Below are positions 38,228 to 49,719 of a stretch of 64,000 bases of DNA, one piece after another. Position 1 is the stretch's first letter. Every line of letters starts with the position of its first letter. The DNA is from Octopus vulgaris (Eukaryota): the NCBI GenBank assembly GCA_951406725.2, contig OX597818.1, forward strand, positions 49,724,001-49,788,000, read 5' to 3'. The notes under the pieces are model-generated. The model was given only the letters and a program-made list of their open reading frames with translations, searched no databases and was not told the DNA's origin. Made by a program: the position numbers and the translations under genes.

Positions 38228-38870
38228 TGAGACCTTTGGAAATATGCTGTGCTTGAGAAGACCCGGCAAGCCAAGTGAGACCATAACCTCATGGCTTATG
38301 CCAGGGGTGTAACCAGACCGCTTATGCGTACCTTTCCTTTATTGGACACCAAACTCTGCTTGTGAAGACCTGTTGAGGCAAGTGAAATCGAAATTGAAAT
38401 CAAATTCAATGACTGACATCCGTGCCAGTGGAGTGCTAAGAGCACTATCCGAGCGTGATCGATGTCAGAGCAGCTAACTGGCTTCCGTACCGGTGGCAGG
38501 TAAAAAGCATGATTCAAGCGTGATCGTTACCAGCACCGCCTTACTGGCACTTGTGCTGGTGGCACGGGAAAAAACATTCGAGCGAGGTCGTTGCCAGTGC
38601 CGCTGGACTGGCTCCTGTACAGGTGGCACATAAAAAACACCATTTGAGCATGGCCGTTGCCAGTACCACCAGACTGGCCCTCGTGTTGGTGGCACGTAAA
38701 TGCGCCCACTACACTCTCGGAGTGGTTGGCGTTAGGAAGGGCATCAAGCTGTAGAAACTTTGCCAGATCAGATGGAGCCTGGTGCAGCCATCTGGTTCGC
38801 CAGCCCTCAGTCATTCATCCAACCCATGCTAGCATGGAAAGCGGACATTAAACGATGATGATGATGATGT
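38228..38870 (+). mobile_element. RTE LINE 3' end with full UTR; flanked by opposite-strand copies (37735-38200, 39012-39300, 39595-39850)
   Basis: gacctttggaaatatgctgtgcttgagaagac (DLWKYAVLEKT) is followed by the UTR and (GAT)n. Confidence 0.8.
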
Positions 38871-40291
38871 CTCTAATTATTCATGTTAAATAAAAGTGTG
38901 AACTGAACAAGTTGGAATGGAATGAAGTCTTTATCCTCTGGATGTACTGGCATTCCATTGGTTACAATGACAGTGTGGATTCAAGTTGATCTGATCAACG
39001 GAACAGCCTGCTCATCATCATCATCATCAACATCATCATTGTTTAACGTCCGCTTTCCATGCTAGCATGGGTTGGACGACTTTGACTGAGGGCTGGCGAA
39101 CCAGATGGCTGCACCAGGCTCCAATCTTGATCTGGCAGAGTTTCTATAGCTGGATGCCCTTCCTAATGCTAACCACTCCGAGAGTGTAGTGGGTGCTTTT
39201 TACGTGTCACCGGCACGGAGGCCAGTCAGGCGGTACTGGCAACAACCTCACTTGAATGTACTGGCAACGACCTTGCTCGAATTACTGGCAACGACCTATG
39301 AAATTAATATACATGCAGCTGGCTGAGTACTCCACAGACACACATACCCTTAACATAGTTCTCAAGGAGGTTCAGCATGACACAGAATGTGACACGGCTG
39401 GCCCTTTGAATGACAGGTACAATCTCCTTTTGCCAGCCGAGTGGACTGAAGCTACATGAAATAAAGTGTCTAGCTCAAGGGCTCAACACACCGCTGGAAA
39501 TTAAACTCATGGCCTTACAGTCACGAACCAGATACCCACACCACTGAGCCATACGACTTCCTCTGAATGAGGTGTACAAATACTCAACAAGACATCATCA
39601 TCATCATCATCATCGTCGTTTAGCGTCCGCTTTCCATGCTAGCATGGGTTGGACGGTTCTACTGGGGTCTGTGAAGCCAGAAGGCTTCATCAGGCCCAGT
39701 CAAATCTGGCAGTGTTTCTACGGCTGGATGCCCTTCCTAACGCCAACCACTCCGTGAGTGTAGTGGGTGCTTTTTACGTGCCACCCGCACATTTTACGTG
39801 CCACCCGCACATTTTACGTGCCACCCGCACATTTTTATGTGCCACCCGCACAAAAAATAAAATAAACAAGAAAAAGAGAGAGAGAGAAAAGAATGAGACG
39901 AGAAATGGGGGAGAAAGGAATTGACAAAGAAAAGATATCAGAACTCATGGGAATTTATGAAAAATACCACATGATTTGTTTTCCTTGACATTTATCTGTA
40001 AATTGCAGTAACAGGATGTTGAAAGTATAAAATATTTCAGTCACCTTTTATCATTATAGCAAATATATATATATATACAGATAAGAGGTAACATTATTTA
40101 TTCACTAAATGCAAGATCATATGCTTTGCAGACAATGGAAGTAATATATTTTCACACACACTCACACACACACACACTCACAAACATACACACACACACA
40201 CTCTTGTACAAACATACATACATAATACATACATATATATATATATACATACACATAGGTGTGTGTAAATAATCTTTATTCATATACATAC

Positions 40292-40363
<72 letters not shown>

Positions 40364-40610
40364 GTTTAAATATTTGTTGTGCAAGATTTTTTATGTGAAG
40401 TCGTGTGTTGAAACAGATATTGTTTAGTAAGGAGAGACACAAATATGAAAGAAGAAAACAAAGGACACACAGGAGTGTGACGAAAGAACTCTGGCCGAAA
40501 TAAGATTAAGATTAATGTAAAAAATAAATAACACTGAAGCAAAATAACACCAAATATATAGTGCGTGTGTTTTTATTGGCTAAACTGGCAATATGACCAT
40601 TCCGAAATAT

Positions 40611-40659
<49 letters not shown>

Positions 40660-41699
40660 AGCCTCGTCTGGCACCTGTGTCGGTGGCACATAAAAAACAC
40701 CATCCGAGCGTGGCCGTCTGGCACCTGTGTCGGTGGCACATAAAATCACCCACTACACTCTCGGAGTGGTTGGCGTTAGGAAGGGCATCCAGATGTAAAA
40801 ACACTGCCACATCTGACTGGCCTGGTGCAGCCTTCGGGCTTCCCAGACCCCAGTTGAACCGTCCAACCCATGCTATCATGGAAAGCGGACGTTAAACGAT
40901 GACGATGATGATGATGATATATATATATATATATAATATACATTTATTTATAAATATATATAGTATATATTATGTATAATATATATATATATATTATTGT
41001 ATGTGTATGTATGTATGTATGGGTGTGTGTGTGTTGGTGCAAAATTGTGATAATTGATAAGGGATGAGCATGTCTACATCCTGTGTGTGTTTTTTTTGTG
41101 TGTTCCTCTGCCATCCTTCTGTGCAGTTTTTATTCCCCCCCTCTCTCTCTCTCCATTTCTCTCACTGTATGTATATGTATATATATATATATATATGTCA
41201 TTGTCATCATCATCATCATCTTTTAACGTCTGCTTTCCATGCTAGCATGGGTTGGACGATTTGACTGAGGTCTGGCGAACCAGATGGCTGCACCAGGCTC
41301 CAATCTTGATCTGGCAGAGTTTTTACAGCTTGATGCCCTTCCTAACACCAGCCACTCCGAGCGTGTAGTGGGTGCTTTTAGGTGGTACTGGCAATGGCCA
41401 CGCTCAAATAGTGTTTTTTACATGCAACATGCACAGGAGCCAGTCTAGCGGCACTAGTAACAACCTCACTCGAATGTTGTTTTTCACGTGCCACCAGCAC
41501 AAGTGCCAGTAAGGCGATGCTGGTAATATATGATATATACATGCGTATATAGTTACACAATTATAAAGGGTGAAAAATAATATACAGAAAAATATATAAA
41601 GCAATAAAATATATATAAGAAATATATAAGAAATGGCAAGACATATGGAAGGCTTGTACGTGGACATAATATAAAAAGCAGGTTCTATCTGTGATCTTG

Positions 41700-42022
41700 T
41701 GGGGTGGGTTCCAAAAACGTAGCAAATGTTTTTCCATATATGGACATGACCCAAAAATTTCAGTTCTTCAATTTAGACATGTAGCAGGGTCTTAAGAACT
41801 TTTTCAGATGAGCCATCTTTCCATATCACAAAGACTGCACTTTCCACTGCTGTTGGTGTAAAGCTTACACTTGGCCAAGATCTTCCAGTGAATCTTCTAG
41901 CTGGCACCTTTTTCTTTTAAGGACCATATATGACTGGAAAATTTGATTGTTTTCCGTGATTGTTGAACCTGGCTTTAAAATTTCCCTCTGTGAGACCTAT
42001 ATATTTCTTTGGTGGGTGCAAT
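41700..42022 (-). pseudogene. Degraded Penelope-like GIY-YIG endonuclease fragment
   Basis: Minus-strand translation gives KKYIGLTEGNFKARFNNH..SHIWSLKEK..IHWKILAKCKLYTNSSGKCSLCDMER..CLN*RTEIFGSCPYMEKHLL, with stops and frameshifts. Confidence 0.7.
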
Positions 42023-42970
42023 GGGCTTCTAATGAAACTCAGTAGAGCAGAAAATCCATGAATCACAATTGTGGTGTATACACATAATAATTAATCAAAT
42101 TATGCAGAAGTGAGAGGTAATGAATATTTTTTACCTCTCATTTCTCCTGAATTTTGTGTGTATATATATATATAATGGAACAAAAATGCAATAGAAGACA
42201 ATTAAACATTCGTACAGATGAATGATACAAAGGCGGACAAGAGAAACAACAATTAGAAGGACAGGAAAAAAAGACGGGTCATTTGTGGCTTTCTTTCATC
42301 AGTCAAGTTTACCAGAAGTCCTTACTGTTTCAGGCTGTTACACATGGAACAGTTCGATCTGGCTTCCCTCAAAACAATCTAAGCTAAGAGCATTAGATAT
42401 TTTGGTAAGAAAGATAGTAAATGTGTACGACAACAAAGACAAAAAAACGGAGAGCATGTACGCAATTACAAATACAACCAACAAGAAAATAACAACAGGT
42501 GTCTTTTGACTGAGAATGAATTAAATTGAGCTGGTGCGTATGAAGTGAAAGCCTAAAGGCAGGAACATGGGAGATGGACACAAGAGGTGTTGGTGGCTGG
42601 CAGTCAGGCCAAGAAAGAAAGATCTTGGTTGGCCAGACACGAGTCACATTCTTTGCAGCTTTATTAATAAAGTATATATATTTAGATATATTTACATACA
42701 TACATACACACCTATATATATATATATATGGACATTGATGATGTAGTATTCAGACAGTTTAAATATATATTAACTAAATTTGACTGAAATTGATGGGTGA
42801 GTGTTTGACCAATCAGATTTGCAAGGAGCCATGACAGCTACAATTAGTGGGTTCAATTCAGCCTGAGGTTAGCTCATCAGTTTTCGGTCATTTGTTTATA
42901 TTTAAAAATTGTCGCTTCAAAATCGGAGATTAAATATCATTATGATATATATTATATAGTTATTGTACAG

Positions 42971-43027
<57 letters not shown>

Positions 43028-43687
43028 TTCATATATATATATTATAAAGAGGAGGAGGGGTGGGGTCAGAGGGAGAGAGAGCCAGAGTCAGACGTAGGTG
43101 GAGAGAGAGATAAAAATGTAGTTAAATGGTGATTAAGTAGTGGCAGATGGTATCATTCCTAAATGTTATCTAATTCGAAATTTTGCTTATCCCTGCCCCT
43201 CAAACATGCTTTGAATCACCTCAGTACCTCAATATCATTAGCTATGAGTCAGACACAATCACTACACATATCAAGAAAAATACTCTTATACTTTTCCTCC
43301 TCTAGATATATCATGTGATTAGAACCTTCAAGGTCATTAGAAGAGCAGACAGCAAGATAAATCTTTTGAGGAAGAATTTTCATCAAGCACTTTGGTCTTT
43401 TAGGTCCAGACCGTCTAAGGGAACTGAGCCCTTTGAGATCATGACTCCTATTTGTCTTTGAAATATCACCTTTAGTGAGCATTGAACTCAGATGTCTTGC
43501 AAACAACTTGCACATGTAAGTGCTACCAGTCAAAAACTCCACATACCGGAAGCCAGCAAGTGTATGGGGTAATCAGGAGAGAATGCGCGCCGTTTCAGGG
43601 CCTACCTCTTGACGGCATCAATGCGCACCGGCCCCCCTCACTGATATGAAGCCCCACTTGCTAGATCAGCTGGTTATCAAATAAAGC

Positions 43688-43768
43688 TCAATATTCTTCT
43701 AGCCATCGCTCATCGTATCTTTTTAACCAAATCCAGTGGCTAGCCTTCTCCAGTGTAGTTTGGATATC
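43688..43768 (-). pseudogene. Possible C-terminal relic of an R2/Hero-type (RLE) retrotransposon
   Basis: DIQTTLEKASHWIWLKRYDERWLEEY* resembles the EKASxWxWLKR terminal motif I recall from Hero-type elements. The match is short. Confidence 0.45.
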
Positions 43769-44150
43769 TTAGGATTTATTTTATTTCTCTTAACTGTGGT
43801 GTATACCGGTGGCCACCACAAGAAATTGCACTGTGGGTATATTTCAAATTGGGGAACATATTTAACATAGTAAAGACTGTATTACAAAGGTTGGCCTTTC
43901 CATTCAGGGTTAGAAAGTACTTCAAACCCCAACAGCTACTAACCCACATCATAGCTCAGTTGTGACTCACAATGAAATATTGTTCCCACATCTGCAACAG
44001 ATGTGTTTGGTTAAGAAGTTTACTTTCCAATTGCATGGTTTTGGTTTCAGTCCTCCTGTGTGACACTTTCGATAATTGTCTTTAACTACAGCCTTGGACC
44101 AAATCAAGCCTTGTGAGTAGATTTTGTAGATGGAAAGTAAAAAAAAATTC

Positions 44151-44192
<42 letters not shown>

Positions 44193-44306
44193 CTCTGAAC
44201 CAGGTATAAACAGTAGCTGCATGACAATGTGAAGTATGTTTGCCACTTAAATGTGGTTAACCACTAAGGGTGGATGCTACTGTAGCTTGTAGCCCCAGGA
44301 GATAGG

Positions 44307-45626
44307 CTGGATAATTACTCCAACGAACTCCCACACCGCATCAAAAAGGAATTTATTTTAGAAGGACTCAAATTCATCTTAGAGAATAATTTCTTCACCT
44401 TCAACAACAAATTCTACAGACAGAAATCAGGGACGGCAATGGGAACGAAAACAGCTCCCACTTACGCCAACCTAGTCATGGGATACCTGGAAATCACCTA
44501 TAATAACGTTCTTAACCAATTTGGCACCACTCTCCACACACACATAGAGAAGAACTGGAAGAGATATCTTGATGACTGCTTCATCCTTTGGCCCGAAACC
44601 ATCGAGAAGCTTAAAGAATTTCACACCCTTATAAATGGGCTCAACACAAACATTATTTTCACAATAGAATACAGCCCTCAACAAATTCCCTTCCTCGACA
44701 TCCTCATTAAAATTCACAACAAAAAAATAGAAACAGACATATACTACAAGCCCACAGACTCCAAGCAATACCTCCCTTTCAATTCATGCCACCCTAGACA
44801 CGTTAAAATTAACATTCCCTACAACTTAGCCAAGAGAATTTGCACTATAGTCTCCAATAAAAACACCCGTCTCTTACATCTACAAGAACTTAAGGACACA
44901 TTAACAAGCAGGGATTACCCCACGTCACTAATTGACAATGGGATCCAACGTGCCCTAAAACTCAGCACACAGGAACTTAGACGCCCTAAACCTGTTACAT
45001 CGAAACCCCATACTCTATCATACATCTCTACACACAACCCCCTCAACAATGAAGCTTTTGACACCATCCTCCAGAACATTCCTGTATTAAAAAAGGACCA
45101 TAGAATGAACCAAATCCTCCTAACACACGAAATCATAAAGAGCAAAAGGCAACCCAAATCATTGAAAACCATCCTAACAAATGCCAAAGTACTGCCAACC
45201 ACAACAACTAAACCCACAGTAAACAAATGCAATAGACCCAACTGTGGTATATGCATCAACCTAATAGAAGGTCCGGAATTCCTTTTTAAACAAGGACAAC
45301 GTTTCACAGTAAAACACAACTTCACATGCGCATCAGAAAACCTAGTATATGTCTTAACTTGCTCGGGCTGTAATGAACACTACATAGGCCAAACTAAAAA
45401 TAGCCTTCGCCAACGCATGACTGTCCACAGATCCCAAATAAAAATACAGGAATACAGAAAAATAGCACTTAGTGCACATATTGATACCTGTGCCGCACAA
45501 CTTCATCCCAATTTTAGAATCTTTCCCCTCTACAAATTTAAAGACAATGCCACTCATACCCAGCGAATAACCATGGAATCTCACCTTAATAATAAATACA
45601 GACCACTTCTAAACACATCCCCCTAA
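44307..45626 (+). CDS. Penelope-like element RT (3' part) + Cys linker + GIY-YIG endonuclease, 5'-truncated open frame
   Basis: The frame is open from 44307: NNFFTFNNKFYRQKSGTAMG, WKRYLDD, IPFLDI, YYKPTD..YLPFNSCHP, KCNRPNCGIC, NFTCASENLVYVLTC..HYIGQT..RMTVH. Confidence 0.92.
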   Translation: MDNYSNELPHRIKKEFILEGLKFILENNFFTFNNKFYRQKSGTAMGTKTAPTYANLVMGYLEITYNNVLNQFGTTLHTHIEKNWKRYLDDCFILWPETIEKLKEFHTLINGLNTNIIFTIEYSPQQIPFLDILIKIHNKKIETDIYYKPTDSKQYLPFNSCHPRHVKINIPYNLAKRICTIVSNKNTRLLHLQELKDTLTSRDYPTSLIDNGIQRALKLSTQELRRPKPVTSKPHTLSYISTHNPLNNEAFDTILQNIPVLKKDHRMNQILLTHEIIKSKRQPKSLKTILTNAKVLPTTTTKPTVNKCNRPNCGICINLIEGPEFLFKQGQRFTVKHNFTCASENLVYVLTCSGCNEHYIGQTKNSLRQRMTVHRSQIKIQEYRKIALSAHIDTCAAQLHPNFRIFPLYKFKDNATHTQRITMESHLNNKYRPLLNTSP

Positions 45627-46615
45627 CACGAACCCACAACAAACACACTTACACCTGCACACACGCTACACACACTTTTACCCAGATATTAACACCATGA
45701 CACACGCAAATATATGGTTCCACACATACACATAATTTGATACGGGTGCAAAACATCCAACACTATTTTTGGGAAATGACTGTAAATATTAACTTCACAC
45801 AAACACGTTGCTTCCCGATACAGGCACAAGGCCAGCAGAACTATAAATATTGAAAATTGTACCCACACACACACACACATATACACACACGCGCGCCCCA
45901 ACATACATATAAACACACACACACATACATACATATAGCTCTTCCTGTCCTAAATGAACTTACTTATCCAGCTCAAATTCAGTCAAGCGGAAAATACACT
46001 CCTTAACTACTCACTAAAAAGCTATTTAAAATATCCACATGACATCTACTGACAAGCCTGAACAATAAGAATTTTCAACAATGCTATTTTCGAAAACTCC
46101 ATACTCCACCCACACCAACATTCATTCTAAACATTCACATGACCTCTCTATTATGACCACATCCATGTGACCTCTTTATTATGACCAATAAGAAATTTTA
46201 GGCGCGACACTAGCCAAATTTTAACATCTCTGGAGCCTATTTTCTTACCCCAACACCAACTTCCATTCAAACATTCATGTGACCCCTTTATAATGACCAA
46301 TCAAAATTGTATTGACCATTGTCCACAAGAAATTTTAGGCACGAAACCAAGCAAATCTTAAATAACTCTGGAGCCTCTTTTTTCACATATAAGAGACAGC
46401 AAACCCAACATAAATTCAGATAAGAGAAAAAAATCTATCAGAAAGGAACTCTATCTCTCTTAAAAAATATCTTTTGATAAGCATAACAAATGCGCAACCG
46501 GTAAAAACTTTCACCTAATTAAATACACTCTGCCTTACTTAAATTATTTTGTCAGCATTTTCTTCATTTCATTTTTTTATATATCACAACTCGTGTTCCA
46601 CATCTCCTTTTTTAA
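45627..46615 (+). mobile_element. 3' UTR / pseudo-LTR of the Penelope-like element
   Basis: Follows the stop codon. It contains ~130-bp imperfect direct repeats (about 46110-46380) and a hammerhead-like motif at 46471-46507, and ends in (TA)n. Confidence 0.6.
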
Positions 46616-46767
46616 ATATATATATATATATATATAACGGGAAGCTTTATGAAAATAGACAAAAGACGAAGGCAGGTTTACAGAAAATAAACAAAAGACG
46701 AAGGCAGGTGGAATACAAACAAACAATTGTATTAGTATGGCGCTCAGGAAATATAAATAAAACAAGT

Positions 46768-46803
46768 CTTTAACGTTTCGAGCCTACGCTCTTCAACAGA
46801 AAG
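46768..46803 (-). ncRNA. Minimal hammerhead-like motif, A6U variant
   Basis: Minus strand reads cttt CTGTTGA a gagc gtag gctc GAAAC GTT aaag. Confidence 0.55.
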
Positions 46804-46861
46804 ATACACAGAGAAAAAAACACAGAAAGAAGGAGAGAAAAAAAATTTTTGCGTGCAGAAG

Positions 46862-46920
<59 letters not shown>

Positions 46921-46971
46921 AGATCATTAGCCACTACACACATTTTTTCTCTCCTTGTTTTTACTGTGTCC

Positions 46972-47007
46972 CTTTCTGTAGAAGAGCATAGGCTCGAAAC
47001 GTAAAAG
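46972..47007 (+). ncRNA. Minimal hammerhead-like motif, A6U variant
   Basis: cttt CTGTAGA a gagc atag gctc GAAAC GTA aaag. Confidence 0.55.
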
Positions 47008-47808
47008 ACTTTTTCTATTCCTGAGCGTTATACTAATACATCTGTTTGTTTTGTACACCACCTGTCTTCGTCTTTTGTTTTTTTCGTAAACTCTCCCTAT
47101 ATATATATATATATAGGGAGAGTGTATATATATATATATACACACATATATACAATAGGCCTCTTTCAGTTTCCGTCAACCAAATCCACTTACAAGGCTT
47201 TGGTCGGCCCGAGGCTATAGTGCCACACAGCGGGACTGAACCCAGAACCATGTGATTCATAAGCAAGCAACTTACTACACAGCCACTCCTACGCCTATAA
47301 TTGACTTTCACCCCACTTCCTGTCACCAACCCTCACCTGTTTCCAAGCAAGGTAATATTTTCCCATGGCCAGACAAAAGTTTTCACAGAATATCGAAAAT
47401 GAATGGCATTCATTTGCAACAATCTCATGATGTCGAGACAAGGAGACACAAACACACATACACTCATAAATATACATACATATATATATATATATATGTG
47501 AGATGGGTTTCTTGTAGTTTCCATCAGCGTAATCCCCTCAAAGTTTTGGCCAGTCTATTGCTATATCAAAAGCCACTTGCTTCGGATGTCAAACAAATGG
47601 GATGCAAATTTCTTACGCTATGCTTTGTGACAAAGTATAATAATACTAAAAAAAAAAAAAAGGGGTGGTAAGTAACTTGCTTACTAACCACATGGTTCCG
47701 GGTTCAGTCCTACTGTGTGGCACCTTGGGCAAGTGTCTTCTACTATAGCCTCAGGCCGACCAAAGCCTTATGAGTGGATTTGTTAGATGGAAACTGAAAG
47801 AAGCCCGT

Positions 47809-47863
<55 letters not shown>

Positions 47864-48470
47864 ATATGTGTATGTATGTATATGTTTGTCCCCCCAATAT
47901 CGCTTGACAACCAATGCTGGTGTGTTTATGTCCCCGTAACTTAACAGTTCAGCAAGAGACCGACAGAGTAAGTACTAGGCTTACAAAGAATAAGTCCTGG
48001 GGTCGTTTTGCTCGACTAATGGCGGTGCTCCAGCATGGCCACAGTCAAAGGACTGAAACAAGTAAAAGAGTAAAGAGTATGTAGTTCTCATTGAATTTCT
48101 TCAGATCAAAACTTCCTAACTGCATTCGAGACTTAATCAAAATCTCAGGGTTGTCTCCCCTATCTTAACTACTTACAAGCAGAAAATGATTCTGTCAGTA
48201 AATGCATAATTCCAACAACAGTTTTGCAATATGCTGCATTAAGCATGCTAGTGACTACTTTACAGTTCCGTTTTCATGCAGCAGATATTCCTGGTTATTT
48301 CCCCCAGTCATTCTACATATCAATGTAATGAAGTTATTGTATACAGTGCTCAGGTGCACAACTATATTAGATTGGAACAAATATTGGTACTATTTTTGAA
48401 TGGTTGGTGTTTAAACATGATTATTTTTTTACATGACAGGAGTATGTGACATATATATACATTGAGGCCG

Positions 48471-49047
48471 ATGCCAGTACTGCCTGACTGGCTTCCATGC
48501 TGGTAGTATGCAAAAAGCACCATTTGATCGTGGTCATTGCCAGTACCACCTGACTGGTTTCCATGCTGGTGGCACGTAAAAAGCACCATTTGATCGTGGT
48601 CATTGCCAGTACCACCTGACTGGTTTCCATGCTGGTGGCACGTAAAAAGCACCATTTGATCGTGGTCATTGCCAGTACCACCTGACTGGTTTCCATGCTG
48701 GTGGCACGTAAAAAGCACCATTTGATCGTGGTCATTGCCAGTACCGCCTGACTGGTTTCCATGCTGGTGGCACGTAAAAAGCACCATTTGATCGTGGTCA
48801 TTGCCAGTACCACCTGACTGGTTTCCATGCTGGTGGCACGTAAAAAGCACCATTTGATCGTGGTCATTGCCAGTACCACCTGACTGGTTTCCATGCTGGT
48901 GGCACGTAAAAAGCACCATTTGAGCGTGGCTGTTGCCAGTGCCGCCTGACTGGCTTCCGTGCAGGTGGCACATAAAAAGCACCATTCAAGTGTGGTTGAT
49001 ACCAGTACCACCTCACTGGCACTCATGCTGGTGGCACGTAAAAAGCA
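48471..49047 (+). repeat. 66-bp tandem array (about 8-9 units, six nearly identical) within an RTE 3' UTR (element ends at about 49213)
   Basis: catttgatcg recurs at 48521, 48587, 48653, 48719, 48785 and 48851. The overlapping ORFs show 22-aa periodicity. Confidence 0.92.
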
Positions 49048-49316
49048 TCCACTACACTCTCGGAGTGGTTGGTGTTAGGAAGGGCATCCAGCTGTAGAAA
49101 CCTTGCCAGATCAGATTGGAGCCTGGTCCAGCCTTCTGGTTTGCCAGCCCTCACTCAAACCGTTCCAATCATGCCAGCATGGAAGGTGGATGCTTAACGA
49201 TGATGATGATGATAATACATATATTTTCTGAAAGGTGACATTTCAACACATCTTTCTATATGATTACTGTATAGATAGATTTTTCTACTGTTTTTACATT
49301 AGAAGTGAAGATGATA

Positions 49317-49713
49317 GGCGCAGGAGTGGCTGTGTGGTAAGTAGCTTGCTAACCAACCACATGGTTCCGGGTTCAGTCCCACTGTGTGGCATCTTGGGCA
49401 AGTGACTTTTGCTATAGCCCCGGGCCAACCAATGCCTTGTGAGTGGATTTGGTAGACAGAAACTGAAAGAAGCCTGTCGTATATATGTATATATATATAT
49501 ATATGTGTATGTGTGTCTGTGTTTGTCCCCCTAGCATTGCTTGACAACCGATGCTGGTGTTTACGTCCCTGTCACTTAGCAGTTCGGCAAAAGAGACAGA
49601 TAGAATAAGTACTAGGCTTACAAAGAATAAGTCCCGGGGTCGATTTGCTCGACTAAAGGCGGTGCTCCAGCATGGCCGCAGTCAAATGACTGAAACAAGT
49701 AAAAGAGAAAGAG
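49317..49713 (+). mobile_element. CORE-like SINE, full length
   Basis: ggcgcaggagtggctgtgtggtaag..cttgggcaagt..gactgaaacaagtaaaagag. Confidence 0.85.
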
Positions 49714-49719
49714 TATGAT

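Noticed and set aside
42265-42350. Minus-strand CTGATGA and a separate GAAACAGTA in a TA-flanked segment
   Set aside because: The boxes are in the wrong order or lack GAAA and stems, so no hammerhead can be assembled.
43249-43542. 97-aa minus-strand ORF
   Set aside because: It has a non-ATG start, no recognisable domain and no splice context.
48362-49026. 200-aa repeat ORFs and a CRISPR-like appearance of the 66-bp array
   Set aside because: The units are contiguous and nearly identical, with no unique spacers and no cas genes, in eukaryotic DNA. They are RTE 3' UTR units whose length is a multiple of 3.
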